This document shows, piece after piece, positions 14,121-28,087 of a stretch of DNA of 64,000 nucleotides. Below the pieces are notes generated by a model. It searched no databases. It saw only the letters and a list, made by a program, of their open reading frames with translations, and was not told where the DNA came from. Source of the DNA: Tubiluchus corallicola (taxonomy: Eukaryota > Animalia > Priapulida); NCBI GenBank assembly GCA_030141605.1, contig JAQGDQ010000334.1, forward strand, positions 194,841 to 258,840. Direction: 5' to 3'. The position numbers were made by a program, and so were the translations under genes. Positions within the stretch are counted from its first letter, which is position 1, and each line of letters begins with the position of its first letter.

Positions 14121-14760
14121 TTGTCGGTTTATTGAACCACCATTACACACATAAAACGTCAACAACAAATGAACAACATAGATTTAATAGACAATAAAAG
14201 AGACGTTTACTAGAGACAAAATCCCCTTACAAAGTAATAGCTCGAGCGCAACAATTAATTTATACAAATGTTAAAAATAATTATCACAACAATGTTACAA
14301 ATAGGAGAATAATTACTCTTTGCACAATTGTATCTAAATTTTATATAGACTTTAAATGATTCCTAGTATGAAAGGTGATTCCCAAAAAACTACAATAATC
14401 TTACATAATTCAATATCTTACTACTCATTATAAAGATAAATTTATTATTGGTATAGCAGAAAATGCAGGGAACAAAGTTTCAATAATATGAAAAAGCGTC
14501 AATCTATCATCTTGATAATGTGGACAAGCATGTGCATTTCATCTTCAGTTTGGTTAAGGTCTCTCACGCCTAGATATTATATAAAGTTTATATACCGGCC
14601 GGATTCAATGGCCAATTTATGGACGCTTATCCTAAATTTGATGTAGTTTATTATAGCCTACCTTGTGGCGTCAAATGATAAATAGTTTTCAAATCGGTAC
14701 CTTTTTAAAGGTTTCGATATGTCCTCATTTTATTTTAAGCTTCTCTTCTTGTTCATGTAT
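14121..14760 (-). mobile_element. Decayed LINE 3' end (ORF2 C-terminus + 3'UTR)
   Basis: Minus-strand KFRISVHKLAIESGRY and EDEMHML remnants (RTEX-like C-terminal motif). The 3'UTR ending in AATAAA is shared with 31585-31700. Confidence 0.55.
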
Positions 14761-15299
14761 ACAACCCATGGACATTGAAATTTAATTATCGTTGTTAATA
14801 AAAAATTGAGATCAACAAGTTTCAAGCATAGCCCTACGAAATCGTTTTCTTTTTGTGTATTTTTAATTGTGTAATATGTGCATGACAGTGCATGCACATC
14901 AAACTAACAGACGGTTAACATTGGCATTTGGATGTCTGAATAGAACGAAAAGATGAAAGAGAAATCAATGTTGTTGTCAGCCAGGCACTCACACTAACAG
15001 AAACAGGTGTTAAAACAACAAACAAAAATCAATTTGCAACATCTCAAGCCATTCTCAGTCTATTTTATGCTTGCAATAATAGCAGAATTTGTGCATGCTA
15101 CGACAGATATTATACGAAATACATCAAATACTTGTAAGTAAAAATTCGTAGAACACACATAATATATACATACCTAAAACTTGCATAGGAAAAAATAAAA
15201 TGTTTTTAGTAAATATTCATGAGTTAGTAAATATAAATTGACTTGCGTACTGCTGACCAAAAATTTCTACAGTCGTTCTTCACAAAATCTGTACTCTAC

Positions 15300-16330
15300 T
15301 TTATTCGATCGAGAGTCACTCTCCCTTAACACATGTTTAAAACGGGCTTGGCCGTTTTTCATAATCTTTTTATATTATCAGTATGCATACCTTGCCTAGG
15401 TTTACGATAATTAACCCGTACAAGGAAACGAAGCGCGCTTCATCTTTTTCACGAGCCACCATTTTATCCACCCAGGCATGACTTTATAATGATCACGGTA
15501 ACCCCTCTTCCTCCAACTGGCTTCATGGGAATACAGTTGAGCATATATCATTATATAGTTTATTCAGATTGTTCTGATGTTATACATTACTAGCCTCTCA
15601 GTACAATAAACGGTTTCTAACGAAACAATCATTTTCGAAAGTAATTCTTCACTTAGATTTCCGTATAATTAGACGACTTAAAGCATTATCCCATCTCTTT
15701 TATATCCCTGATAATTCTAGCGTGTTATGGTTATTATTCAGCAGTTCGGTAGTCCAGAATCTGTCAACCTCAATTATAAAAGATGTATTGAAGGACATAG
15801 CAAGAACATATGATCATAGCTGTTCAACGTACAGTACAAGTATCAACAATTGTGACCATGATAGGCGTGCTCCAAACAACAGTCCAAGCAAGATGTTATG
15901 CTATGACTGGGACTAATAAAGGTTGACGTTTGCAGTAGCTTTAGATCAGTTACAGCGAGTTTGCTAACATCGCACATATCAATTAATGATTTATCAGAAT
16001 TATGATCAGAGTGTGCATTGAAGTCTCCTATAACAGCAATATAACTAGAGGGACATTTTTCAATAATCCTGGTGTGATTAAGCCTAGGTAGAATTGAAAT
16101 TCGTCCTCATTATATGCACATTGATGAGGTAAATACACAATGTAAAAATATGTATCCATTAATTTCTTTGGCAATGAAATTCCACCCACAATTCTGTATT
16201 CATTAGACAAAATTTCTATAGTCATTTAAACATCTTTTTAAAGTACGGCTAATCCCCCAAATGGTCTGTCCTCTAAAACCCGGCCTCTATAACTACAAGG
16301 AGAGAATTAAAATTAGGATGAATATCGTGT
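15300..16330 (-). mobile_element. Decayed LINE ORF2 5' part (APE endonuclease + linker)
   Basis: Minus-strand remnants RPFGGLAV, IVYLP and GDFNA, then KVMPGW, RKPRQG and ARFKHVLR, with stops and frameshifts. Confidence 0.65.
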
Positions 16331-16523
16331 GGTTTAAACAATTCTTGTCTAGGTAATATAGTTTCCCGCAAGAATATTATATTATTTTCTGTACATATCA
16401 ATATAATATTATTTATAGCATCAGCCCGTCTAACAAATTATATTATTATTAAATTTTATACCTCCCATAAAATAAATGTATGAAGAAGATTCATGGATAA
16501 GACGCTGTTGGTGTTGCATCCCT

Positions 16524-16880
16524 ATCAGCCGCAGTCACTTCCAGTTCACCAAGTTCATTGTTTTCGCTGTGGTTCGTTTTCCTCTTCACTTTGCCGTATC
16601 AGCTGTAGTCACTTCCAGTTTAGCAGGTTCATTGTTTTCGCTGTGGTTCGTTCTCCTCGTCACTTTGCCGTATCAGCTGTAGTCACTTCCAGTTTAGCAG
16701 GTTCATTGTTTTCGCTGTGGTTCATTCTCCTCGTCACTTTGCCGTATCAGCTGTAGTCACTTCCAGTTTAGCAGGTTCATTGTTTTCGCTGTGGTTCGCC
16801 TTCCTCGTCACTTTGCCGTATCAGCTGTAGTCACTTCCAGTCCAGTAGGTTCATTGTTCTTGTTGATGTTCGTTTTCGTT
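16524..16880. repeat. 74-bp minisatellite, ~4.5 copies
   Basis: agtcacttccagt recurs at 16533, 16607, 16681, 16755 and 16829. Confidence 0.95.
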
Positions 16881-19800
16881 TTCACCTTGCTTTCATAGAT
16901 GAGCGCTCCACTGGGCAATAATTCTGCGTCTCATATGACCGCTTGCTCATCTTTGTATCCCAAGATAATAAAAGTTGAGTGACCAGTGAATTTTATTTTC
17001 TTCTTTTCCACATCTACGTCCGGTTGCTTCCTGTTGTTGAGATAAGTTAGTCAGTTTACTGACTATAATTCTACATAATTGGAGACCAATACTCTATAAC
17101 AAAGGGGAACCAGAAACATAACTATAACAGTAATGTCTTTACCAAAAGGACATTACTAAAATGTCACATTGAGAAAAGACAAAGACAAAATAATTGCAAC
17201 GTGTTATATAGTTAAAGACACCAAATAAAGCTTTGAGCTCCTCAGTCGCCGTTTCTGGACATAGGGTTGCGTTAAAAGTCCGAGTAGGAAAACGTGATGG
17301 ACGCACCGCAAGTTTCGCCCAATATTTTCACCACCTAGGCCTCGTATGATCTGACCCGAAGCCTGTTTTATGTGGATAAGATGCATTTTATTCTCTCCCG
17401 TTCCATCTGTTCAAAGGAGAATTGTTTGAATTGACTAGATTTTGTACTGATGAGTATATATATAGATATATAGTGTACATAGTGACGATAGTGTGCTAGT
17501 GTATTTAAAAGCATAGGGTTTCCACTAGACAAAAACAGCTCTGCTTCGAACAGCCGTTTTTTGTCGCCTCAGCTTCGTTCAAGGGAGACTTCGACTCTCT
17601 TGTGTTCTTTGCTAAAACTCACTTCTTGTAACGATAGTTCTTGCTATATCGTCGATGTGATGCTTAAGAATTGACACTTGTTTTATCAAAATCTATCGCA
17701 CATAATGAAACTGGTGGCACTTTGTGTGCCTGCCTGCATTACAAAACGCGATACATAACGATAAATAAATACGATACAGTCTTCACAGAGAATATTAATG
17801 ACTGGATTGCACCCATCATTAATTTTTAATGATTTTCTAAACTGTAAGCGTAATGAATTAATGAGAACATCAAGAAACCAATGACTTGATACTTTCGGCA
17901 AAGTTTAGATACAATTGTGCAAAGAGTTAGTATTTTCCTTAATTCGAGCTTTTTGAACCGATTCATCGTAGTGTGGCTTTCACTCGTTGTCAAGTTCTTA
18001 TAAGCTACACGGCAGTAGGACCACAACTATAGCACGAATAAATGCACACTATGAACTATTTCGTCTGAATTTCTTATAGAAGGAACATTAGTACTGGCCA
18101 AAAGGCAAGACAAAATGTAAATTCAGGTTCAGTTGTACCTTGTTACGCAATCGTAGTCGTCAGCATCGGAAAAGCCGGAATGAAAAACACGGTGGAGATG
18201 TAGCAGTCATCCGGGGATACTCCTAACGGGGCAAGCTCGAGAAACACTATTTTATACTGCCTCAGTAGTTCGCCAGTGTGATGTTTTCAGACCCGATCGT
18301 TATCTGATTGCTCATTATGAAGCCTTAGAACTTTCCTTGAAGTGTGTACAAGAACAATAACAACAACGTGAGCAAGTTCTTGGCACCGGACGTGGTGCAA
18401 AAACTGCATGGATTAGCATAGAATAATTAGGTGAATTGAGACGCTTGATAACAATTCAATTAGAGTTATTACTAATCATCTGATGAAGCTTTATGACATT
18501 TGTGCATGATGGAGATAACTTGTCTGTGTATATTGCATTACTGTACTAGTTTCCTCCCCAGAGTAGAAAGAGGAGTCGTCATGGGGAAGCTAAGCAAATA
18601 CTGAAGAGTTTGTATTTGTATATAATGTCAACAGTAACACGTCCACAGTTTCCTTGAATTAATCTTTACTCTTCTATTATTTACACTCATCCAATGTGGC
18701 TGCTATGCTACACTGAATCAGACAATTCTTAGTCTTGATCATAGTGAGCAGCTGAATAATTTTCCACATTTATTTTGACTAATTTTACTGACTTACTCCT
18801 CCAGAAAAGCAAAACATGGCGCCGTAGTTTTTTCTAAGTTAGCTTTTTGAAAATACCAAATAGAAACAACAAATCACTGTTGTTTGTTGTATTGGTTTGC
18901 AGATTTTTCACATTGTTAATGCTTGTAGTGTATTTGGCGTGTACGCTCTTCAAATTAGTACTGGTGTTGAACTAGGTCTGCAACAAAAATAAAAGGCTGT
19001 TCACTCGTCGCTGCTGCTTGTGTGGTATTTGGTATGCAAGATTTTCACATCATTACTTGTGATGTATTAATTATAATACTCTTCATATCACTTCTGCTTG
19101 TGGTGTGTTAGATGTGAAAACGTGTTATGCCGTTATTGCATGGGCTGTTAGCTTTCTAGTTGGAACAAGTTACTACCGCAAGCCATTGGGTAGTACAGAG
19201 TTTGGTACAGAAAAATTTGGTACTAAATGAAAGAGAGCATTTGTATATCTCGGTGTAAAATAATTGTTTCGACTGGAAAATACGTAAGTTTTTCTACAGA
19301 AACTATTAGGGAAGTTTATCCAGTGAGGCAGTTTGGTACTAACAAAGTCTGGTTTATTAAAAATCTCGTAAAGCACCATAATTATTAGTGCGTGACACCT
19401 AAAACTTTTATCAGTGACGATCTATGTAGGTAAATTTGAGACTTCTCCCAGCATTGCATTTCAACAGAAAATTTTGCAAAAAATTACATTTGCGCGATAA
19501 CTTGCTTTTACAAATAAGACCTTATAATACCGTGACATTTTTAAAATAATTGAAACGAAATTAACCTTAGGAAATAAATGCAAGTAGACATAAATGCCGC
19601 TATAGGGTTTAAAGCACAAGAAAACCCTCCACATACATGAAGCTCAAAAAATTCGTCTTGAAATTTTGTATCACTTACATACTGCCTTTTTACACACAGG
19701 ACTCAATCGGCAGTAAAGCTGTATAAAACATGAAAATTTAAACTTCCGCGATTACCGTTAAACGCAGCCATTTTGACGATAAGTCATTTGAAACAAGTTT

Positions 19801-22800
19801 AGATAACATTGTGTAAACTTTATAAAAATAATCAGGGAAGTCGTAGCGCACACGTCACTAACTAAATAAAATTTAAAATTACTGTATCTTGTCAATAAGA
19901 TTAAAAATGCGTTTTTGGTCAGTGAGTGGTTCGTTTCACCCTGGAGTGTGAGTCAGCGACAATCCACCAACTGGTGAAAACATTTTAACTAATTAATAAT
20001 TTTCTTTTCTAGTTACATAAGTTTTTCCAACAGATAAGCGAAAGCTAAATAACATAGATATGCATGGAAAGTTTTTTGGGACATAATTTAACATTTCCTT
20101 TTCTTTCCCTGATTTACGTTGTGCATAAGTGACGTCATGTAATGGAGATTTAAAATAAAGACAAACAAAAATTCCTTTCAACGCGAATAGGATATATGCA
20201 TAAAATTGCTATAAAGTAATGTATTTTTAAGGCGATTTTTTGAAACCTACTCAGGTGCCCCTTTTCTTTTCCTTTAAGTCCTGTCAGACACGACAGAGAC
20301 AAGACGCGTAGAGAGTATTTGCAGTACTTTTGCAAGCATGCATGCAGCGGCAACGGCATCCATACATTGCCGTCAATGTTGCATGTAGAATGCTTGCGAA
20401 TGATGCAGCAGCTTCCTCCACGTTCTCCAAGACAATAAATCCATTAAAATATAAACTTGTGTTTGCGCATCGATTATATGGTCAAAAGGTCACAGCTAGT
20501 AAAACTTGGTAAGGCGATCACGCGCGTAAAGATCAACAGAAAAGCTCTAATGCTTCTTGATGTATTATCACTAGCCAATGCATCTTACCAAGCACTTTAT
20601 TAATGATTTCTATCGAGCATTAACTGCAATGATCTTTATTATAAGCCTCTAGCAAATTAGCGAAGTTCTCAGCCACTTGAACAGCAGAACATTTTGTAAA
20701 TATCACGGGTGAAGCTGGGAATTAACTTGTAAGCGATTAAAAAAATTATGGTTAAGCCAGAGGTAGCGATCCGCCAATCATGTCAATAAACGAGATGATA
20801 AATTTCTGTTTATTTTGCTAAGGATAATACAGTTTATAATGCGCAAAAGAAAATTAAACATTCATGTTGTTTCAGGTTGAATGATTACATTGTGGTAAGA
20901 GATATAACTTTAGAAACGAAACAAAAAGCTGATACGTTAATTGCGACAACAGCTTTACAAACCATTAATGAAAACAGCATATAGATAATGTAAAACAGCA
21001 ATTTTATTCTACAAATATAAGACACTTTATAATGCACAAATCTCAAACATTTTATTTGCGTTTTGACTCATCGGGTGTCATTTTCGAATTTCTGAAAGTG
21101 CTAGAAAGAATTTTATTATAAATATCCATTATAAGAGCAACGTCTTCAGGTTACATCATGAGATGGTAAATTCTTGTAATTTTACATTCGCTGTAGGTTT
21201 GAATAAATTTACGCAGTAAGCTTCTTTTATACATAGACTAAATTCACCGTTTGTTTAACCAAAATGAAAAATGTTATGTCAAAACACAGATATCGTAACA
21301 AATAACCTTGCTCAATGGACAGTTAACGGTTTAAAGAATTTAGATGGAACGTTATTCATAAATGATGACAATCTTTTTGGAATTGCTATTATACTGATTG
21401 GTAGTGGTACTTTATAGAACTTTTAGAGCTTTAAAAATGATATTTGACCTGTTGAAACGTAAATAAAAGTGTCTTAAACATTTCGCGAGAAAGCTTTCTT
21501 ACACAAAGTTTTAAGTCTAGAGTTGCAGTTGCACCTGAAATGGGGAAGGCGCATTTTTAAAACGTTCGATCGAAAATGAATAGATCTGCTCATCTCTATC
21601 TTCAGTTTGTTTTGAATTTGATCATAATAGCGTAAAGATGCGACGCATTAGTAAGCTCACATTGATCATAAGGAACATCGCAACACTGTGCGGTATTAAT
21701 AATTTCAAATTTCTCGTTTGCTTCACGAATAACGAAACTTAAGCAAGTCTGACAAGACGAGTGTGAAACTATTTCTCAAGAGTACGCCAAAAGCTAAGCA
21801 ATAAACGGATAATTTGCGGCAAAGTTCCTCAGTTCAGAAAGAATTAAGTTGCCGGTCGGCAGATAATATACTAGAGCATGTAGCACTTTGCAATAACGTT
21901 GAAAGCACACTGCCGTTTAAATGCACTATAGATGAACAGAGACGGGGGATGCAAGCTTGAGACTTAACAACGAAGCAACAAATAGTAACTCGCAAAATAT
22001 AATGAAAAATCGAATAGGAAAATAACATCTATGCATAAACGCTATTAAACACATTTACAAGATGCTACTTCAAAAACTTAACAGCAAGTGCGCCATATTT
22101 TTTATACACAACGTCCATTACACAGATGCGGACTGCTTTGTGAATTTACAGAGTAAGTATCCTTTTTTCAGAATGATTCGCTTAACCCATTAATTGAATT
22201 CGAACTTGAGAATATACGATAATTAATTCATACGCGTCGTCTAGTTGTCTAGCTATACCTGCGTCCCAGAGGGTAGGAGTTTAATGCGCATTACTAAGTA
22301 ACTAATTTACGGCATAATCCCACACAAAGTACATAAGCTGTTATGTTTGGATACCTATTAAATTCACGGCCAACGCCGCATGTGATTTATAATTAATAAT
22401 ATATGAAGAAAAGAGAGAAGAAATACATTAAATGCTTTTATGAGAACTGCGTGAAATAAAATGAGCATGAAATTACGAAATTGCTAAACGTTATTGGGTG
22501 GTAATGCTAAATTTTAAACAAAATATAATCTTGCGATAGTTAAATAAAATATTTTTATGTTACAGCATTTTCGTCGCTTATTAATTTCAAAAAACAAGTA
22601 AAGCAGTAAATTTGCTGTTCCAATCTAAAGCTTTGTATTGATGCATCAGAAAATTAATTTTACTTTGTTAACAAAAAATAAGACTATTTCTAATCAAAAT
22701 CGTTCATGCCTCTATAACAAAACTGATCATAATTAAGACTGGATCTCACTAAGACTAGATTTATTAACTCTATAATCTATAATTAGAACGGCCAATTAAT

Positions 22801-25611
22801 CGACCTGTCAATAACTACGATCTACAGAAGCTATTGTTGAGTTTTAGTTTTATTTCGGAAGCCACCAAGCTGATGGCTGTTTCCACATAATCATGGCTCT
22901 ACTCTGTATTGCATTAATTAACCTTATTTAGGACAACAGAAGAGTTTATATAGTCATGATTTTTTCAAAATCAAAAACAAGATTGTTTCTTGGCGTTTAC
23001 ATGGAGTAAATGCGACAGATTTTTCAAATTACCAATCCAAAGCTGTTTTTTTTACCTAATGGTCGTAGGCTTTTTCAAGATATTGTAAGTGTTGGCAGTA
23101 TTGACGCCCAATCGTAGAAATTGGTTACCTCACAGCAAAACGACAGGAGAGAGATTTAAGTAGAAAAACTTGCCCGACGACCGTGTGTGCTAGTCCATGT
23201 TAGTTGCGTGTACGGAACAAATGTTGAGATGTTGTTCACACCAATTCGTCTACTACCGAACCAAGAAATCATTGCATCTCAGCCTATTTATAAGTGCCAG
23301 TATGAAATAGGTTCGGACCATACAATCGGCAGGACCATACAATGCCATTCGCCGTCGTTACACTATTTTTCGGTTCAATTACTCAACTTCGTCCACCCTT
23401 ATTCTCAATCGCATCTGGCTGTTAGTCTGTCTCTGTCTGTTTGTCTGTCCGTCTGTCTGGTTTTGCGAGTTGTCGAATTTCTATCAGCTAGCTTGTTTTT
23501 TATAAGTTGTTGAGGAAAAACAAATGCATTCTGCTTTATTCAGAATTACTTTTTTTTGTTTGTTCATCACATCTCATTTTATTTAATCATAATTAATGAG
23601 AACATTAACAATACGTGCCACGATTATTTGCTCTTTATTGTTAAATAAAACGTTTATTATTATTGTTTGTAGGCTATATGCTTAACACATCCAAATATTT
23701 ATACATTTAGTTATAGCTAATATTATCAGACCATTGTAAGGACATTTTTAAACCATTTCGTGTTTTGCAATGCTGTTCGCTTTTAATTATTGGCCAGGCA
23801 AGCGTCATGATGCTTTTTAATGCTCTAATAAATCTACAGTTTTCAAAATTGTAGTAACGTTTAAGCCAGTTGATTTATTTCATTAAATAATAAGTTGTGA
23901 CGCAGGTGCAAATTGTGCTTACTGTATCCACTTCCCCTAAGTTGCTCTCTAGTAGTTAATTTGTCTATGTTAGATTGAAATGCACGACAAATATGGAAAA
24001 ATGATGCCTTTTCCTGTTTCCCTGAATTCGTTTCCACCATTAATCACAACGTACATTCCTCTTAGGAAAATCAATATTCGTTCTTCCTAAGAAAAATGAT
24101 TGTGTAGCTCTTCTGCCAGTACTTCACACTTTCAAGATTAGGATAAATTGTTAAATCAAATCCCTTCAATGGTTTATCGAGTTCCCCATGGAAATATAAT
24201 GGCAGATTTCAATAACAAATCTGTTTCATCTTCGCAACGTCATTTTTCGTTACTAAAACTGCTTATTGCCTACAGGAGGTCTCACTTCAAGGACGTTTTA
24301 CCAGAAACAAGAATTAGAAGCTGCGCATAATGCAGGTAGGCAGCTGATTAAATGCATGGCTTCAATAATAGATAAATCACGTAGGATCCATGACATTCAC
24401 ATTTAGTAAAAACATAAGTACGAAAAACGTTTTATTATTTCTGTGAATATTCGAAAATATCACCGCTAAAATGTTTTTCTTAAACTCTGAAACTATCTCC
24501 CCTTTTTTGTTTAGTCACTCATTCAATCTAAGCATTCTTGCCTTCTTTCCTTTATTGTTGGCTCTTTTTCTCTCTTTCTTTCACACTCGCATGTACACAC
24601 GCGTACACATATATTTTTTCATATATCGTAGCGTACTAGCCATTTAGTGAGTCACATAGAGTCACAAATTGTCAATTTCTTATTGTGGTTGTTTTGTTCT
24701 ATCTTAATACGATTCACAGAATATCATAAACACCGCTGAAAATGTGTGGGAAAAACTAATTAGCATCAGATTCGGTCAGTCGATGTTCATTAATCACGTT
24801 ATGACCGCAGACAGTCAGACTTGTAATATGAATGTTTTTAGGCTAAAATAAAATGTTCCATGAAGTATCACGAAATGTTATATATATTTTTCTAATATGT
24901 TATACTATATATATATATATATGAAGTATCACGAAATAGTATATATATTATATAACGCCGATGTATATATAGTATTCAGGAATCTATCATATTTGCAATG
25001 TTCCAAAGCGAAGACAATAGGTATACGCAATTTTAATAGAAATCAAGCCTCCATTTATTAAATTACGACATTAAAAGACATGTGCCAAACTCGAAGAGAC
25101 TTTAGACTGTAAGTGTTTGAACTAAAGAATGGTATTTACGATTTTACTGTACGTTTGCTAAGCTTACCACATTTCGAAAGCTACGTGCCCTCCAACTCAA
25201 TTTCAAAACTGATATGCTAAACGTTGAACGTTACCTGTTTATTATGGGACTTTTCTGATCTCAACAACTCAAAAAATATCAATTGTTCAGTCTCAAGCAT
25301 GTATGTTGAAGGAATGTTTACATGAGGTCCAATCACACTTTCACCCCATTCTCGAAAAAGTACTTATTAGCCACTCGGGTTGTCCAGTTGCAGTTCCTAT
25401 TACCTGGCTAAAACTTTCACAACGTTGCTTTCGAAAAATCTCTCTAATCCCAGCCTCGGTGTTTCATCATTAAAAATCCAAATCCAAGAATGATAATTGT
25501 CTAGTTCTCTTTGAATGTCATGCGGCTAGATGAGTTTCAAGATTCTGTGCTGTTCTGCTTATTTATCACTTCTACGAAGAGTTTCGAAAGACGTGGGCTC
25601 AACTTTCGAAA

Positions 25612-25692
25612 GATTTTAGTCAACCAGGATTCGAACCGAGAACATTGTGGTTACAGGTCGCATGCTCTAATCATTTGACAGTCACAGCAGAT
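25612..25692 (-). mobile_element. tRNA-derived SINE head
   Basis: Minus strand tgattagagc...ggttcgaatcctggttgac (A-box and B-box like) without a complete cloverleaf. Related pieces at ~4598-4680(-), 26655-26695(-), 42000-42045(+) and 53670-53750(+). Confidence 0.55.
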
Positions 25693-27909
25693 ATAAATGC
25701 GCTCAAAGTTTATGCCATCATCTCTCCGAAGGATAGAACGCGCTGAAGGTCGAAATTTGTCTAAGTAAATGTTCCCTTAATATGGCTGCAGAGCAGACTG
25801 CAGTGCATTTGGTATGCATACCTCTCTTAGACTGCCGCAATTTATACATGTACAAAGAACGACAGCATGTACTATCCGGCATCAATTATTGTCTGACATT
25901 CAAAATGAATTGTTTCTAACAATAAAATTATAAAATAAGTGAAAGATTTTGCAAATCTCATTTTTTTAAAAGTGACATATTTTACTGAGTCATTGTAATG
26001 AGTTTCTATTGTAGTAAACAGTCATTATTTTAGTGAATTGATTTCGTGTCTTTGTCTTTTATAATTACGTAAATAGCGTTTACTCTTTTATGTGTTTTTA
26101 GCCTTACGTTTTAATGTGTAGTCTTAATGTCTTATAATATACATTTTAGTTAGGCTATATGTGCGTCTGAAATAAACATGTGAATTGAACTGAATAACAA
26201 TTCTTCAACTGAAATCTCAACGAGTCTACGCCATTTTGAAACGTTAATAAAAGTTGCCATCGATGTTAACACAAAAATCGGCCCGGCGTGATTGCATGGC
26301 TATATGTGCACTTTGTGAAAATGTACATAAAAATTTGCTCAAAATACATCGAACAAACAGCCATACCGTTATATGATCTGTCTACACCAGAGAATAAGAG
26401 TAATAAAACTCGTGCCTTACATCAACAGATTACTGTCTCGTATGATGATACTGAACATATCCACGAGGGTGTGCTCCCTGCGCGTTATATTACTACAATG
26501 TGACTATCGCAGCTTAGTTATTTGATATGAAGTGCAGTTACGATCTTCTTAAGCACATTGTTACACGATTATATAGTATGGTGATACAAATCCATAATTA
26601 ATTAAATTTTGATGGCAAAAACTTGAAAAACAGAAAATGCGAAAACGTTGGCATGCGGCCGGGATTTGAACCAGGGAACTTGCTGTTAAAGATCCATTAT
26701 AGATAGATAGATCAAATCTTTATTTGCCAATTAGAAACGTACGTATACAAAGAATAAATACATTGGACGTAAGAAATGTATACTGCGTACCGGAGGCAAG
26801 CATACAAAGTCAATCACATACAACGTATGCAACTGACTGAATATTGGCAATAGCGTCATCTACAACTAACATTACGAAAAAAACTACAATATTATAAAAT
26901 CACTGGAAATTAATAAAACTATGAAACACGGGTTATTTGCAAAATTTGTACATTTACAGAAGTTAAGTGCATACTAAGATGATAAGTAGACAAAACTAGT
27001 TACATATGTATAATAATCAGTAATATGCTACATCATACGATGTCATGTTCCGTAACAAGATGATGCGTATTATGGGGTATTACGTGGGCTATTACAAAAT
27101 GACGACATTTTTATACTGACGAAATTATAGCAGTAATAAAGTAATCCCTCTGTATAACATTCAATAATAGTCTACATGATAATGAATACCTATTAAATTC
27201 AGGGTCGTGGAGAATATAAGAATTGTCAGCAGGCCTATCAAAATCACGTCTATTTTGGGGTATTACGTAGGTTGGTTATAGCTTGGTTTCGTCGAGTGGC
27301 TCACCTGTTTACTTTATATTCACTATTGAAACATTATTTTATCCACAATAATAATATTATGATTAAAAGGACAAGAAAATAGAACTCATTCATACATGTT
27401 CATTCTTTAATCTTGTCAATAGGATTAACAGTATGTTTTCTAAACGTTTTTTGATGCACACTGGGATAGTGAAACAGTGACGTTTATCACTTTGCGCGAA
27501 CTTTTTAAATTATTAAAAGTTTTCTTTTTCAGTTACATAAGTAAATCTTTCTAATATGCAGATAAACGTAATGCTAGATAATTTAACTTTCTGTGGAGAG
27601 TATTTTGAGACAGTATTTAACATTCTCTTATCTTCTCGTTTAATAAGAATCATTTCGAGAGCAAAAGTTATTGCATTTTAATTTGCAGAGCAACAGGAAA
27701 GTCTAGATATTTGCAAGATTCTTGCCAATATTTCTTGCAATATGGCCCTATCAAATAAGGTCAAACCATATAATAACATATTATAGTATTTTATGTTTAC
27801 TGCTTTATATAAAACTTAATTTGGCAATCAGCTCAACGGTTTGTTGTTTATTGTTGCTTATTTTGAGATTTAACTTTCCAAACAGCTGACAGTGTCAGAT
27901 TAACCATAC

Positions 27910-28087
27910 CTGGCTTTGCTCTCTTGGCGTCCGTACTGTGCTGCCCGTAAACATGAATAATGTCTTTCAGATTTGGACGAAAAGCATCATTTCTCTTCCG
28001 CAAGCCGTGTCCGTATAACTTGTAAATGTCTACTGCCTGTGCGGTTGTGCAGAGCAAGACGAGTCCTAATAGTACAACACTATTCAT
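27910..28087 (-). CDS. Prohormone-4 / IDLSRF-like neuropeptide precursor, first coding exon (signal peptide + peptides)
   Basis: Translates MNSVVLLGLVLLCTTAQA-VDIYKLYGHGL-RKR-NDAFRPNLKDIIHVYGQHSTDA-KR-AKP(G): a hydrophobic signal peptide, a peptide resembling insect IDLSRFYGH, and basic cleavage sites. Acceptor tttcag precedes 28106 (19 nt 5'UTR); donor CAG|gtatgg after 27910, phase 1. Confidence 0.85.

Noticed and set aside
16524-16880. CRISPR-like array or repeat protein
   Set aside because: Head-to-tail repeats without unique spacers, a 74-bp period that is not a multiple of 3, and eukaryotic context with no cas genes.
20130-20137. CRE palindrome TGACGTCA (also at 43563) and an X-box-like gttcatggcaac (~5275)
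   Set aside because: Isolated short motifs are expected by chance in 64 kb, and no conservation evidence is available.
25612-25692. Functional tRNA gene
   Set aside because: A B-box is present, but acceptor and D stems do not form; several decayed relatives indicate a SINE.
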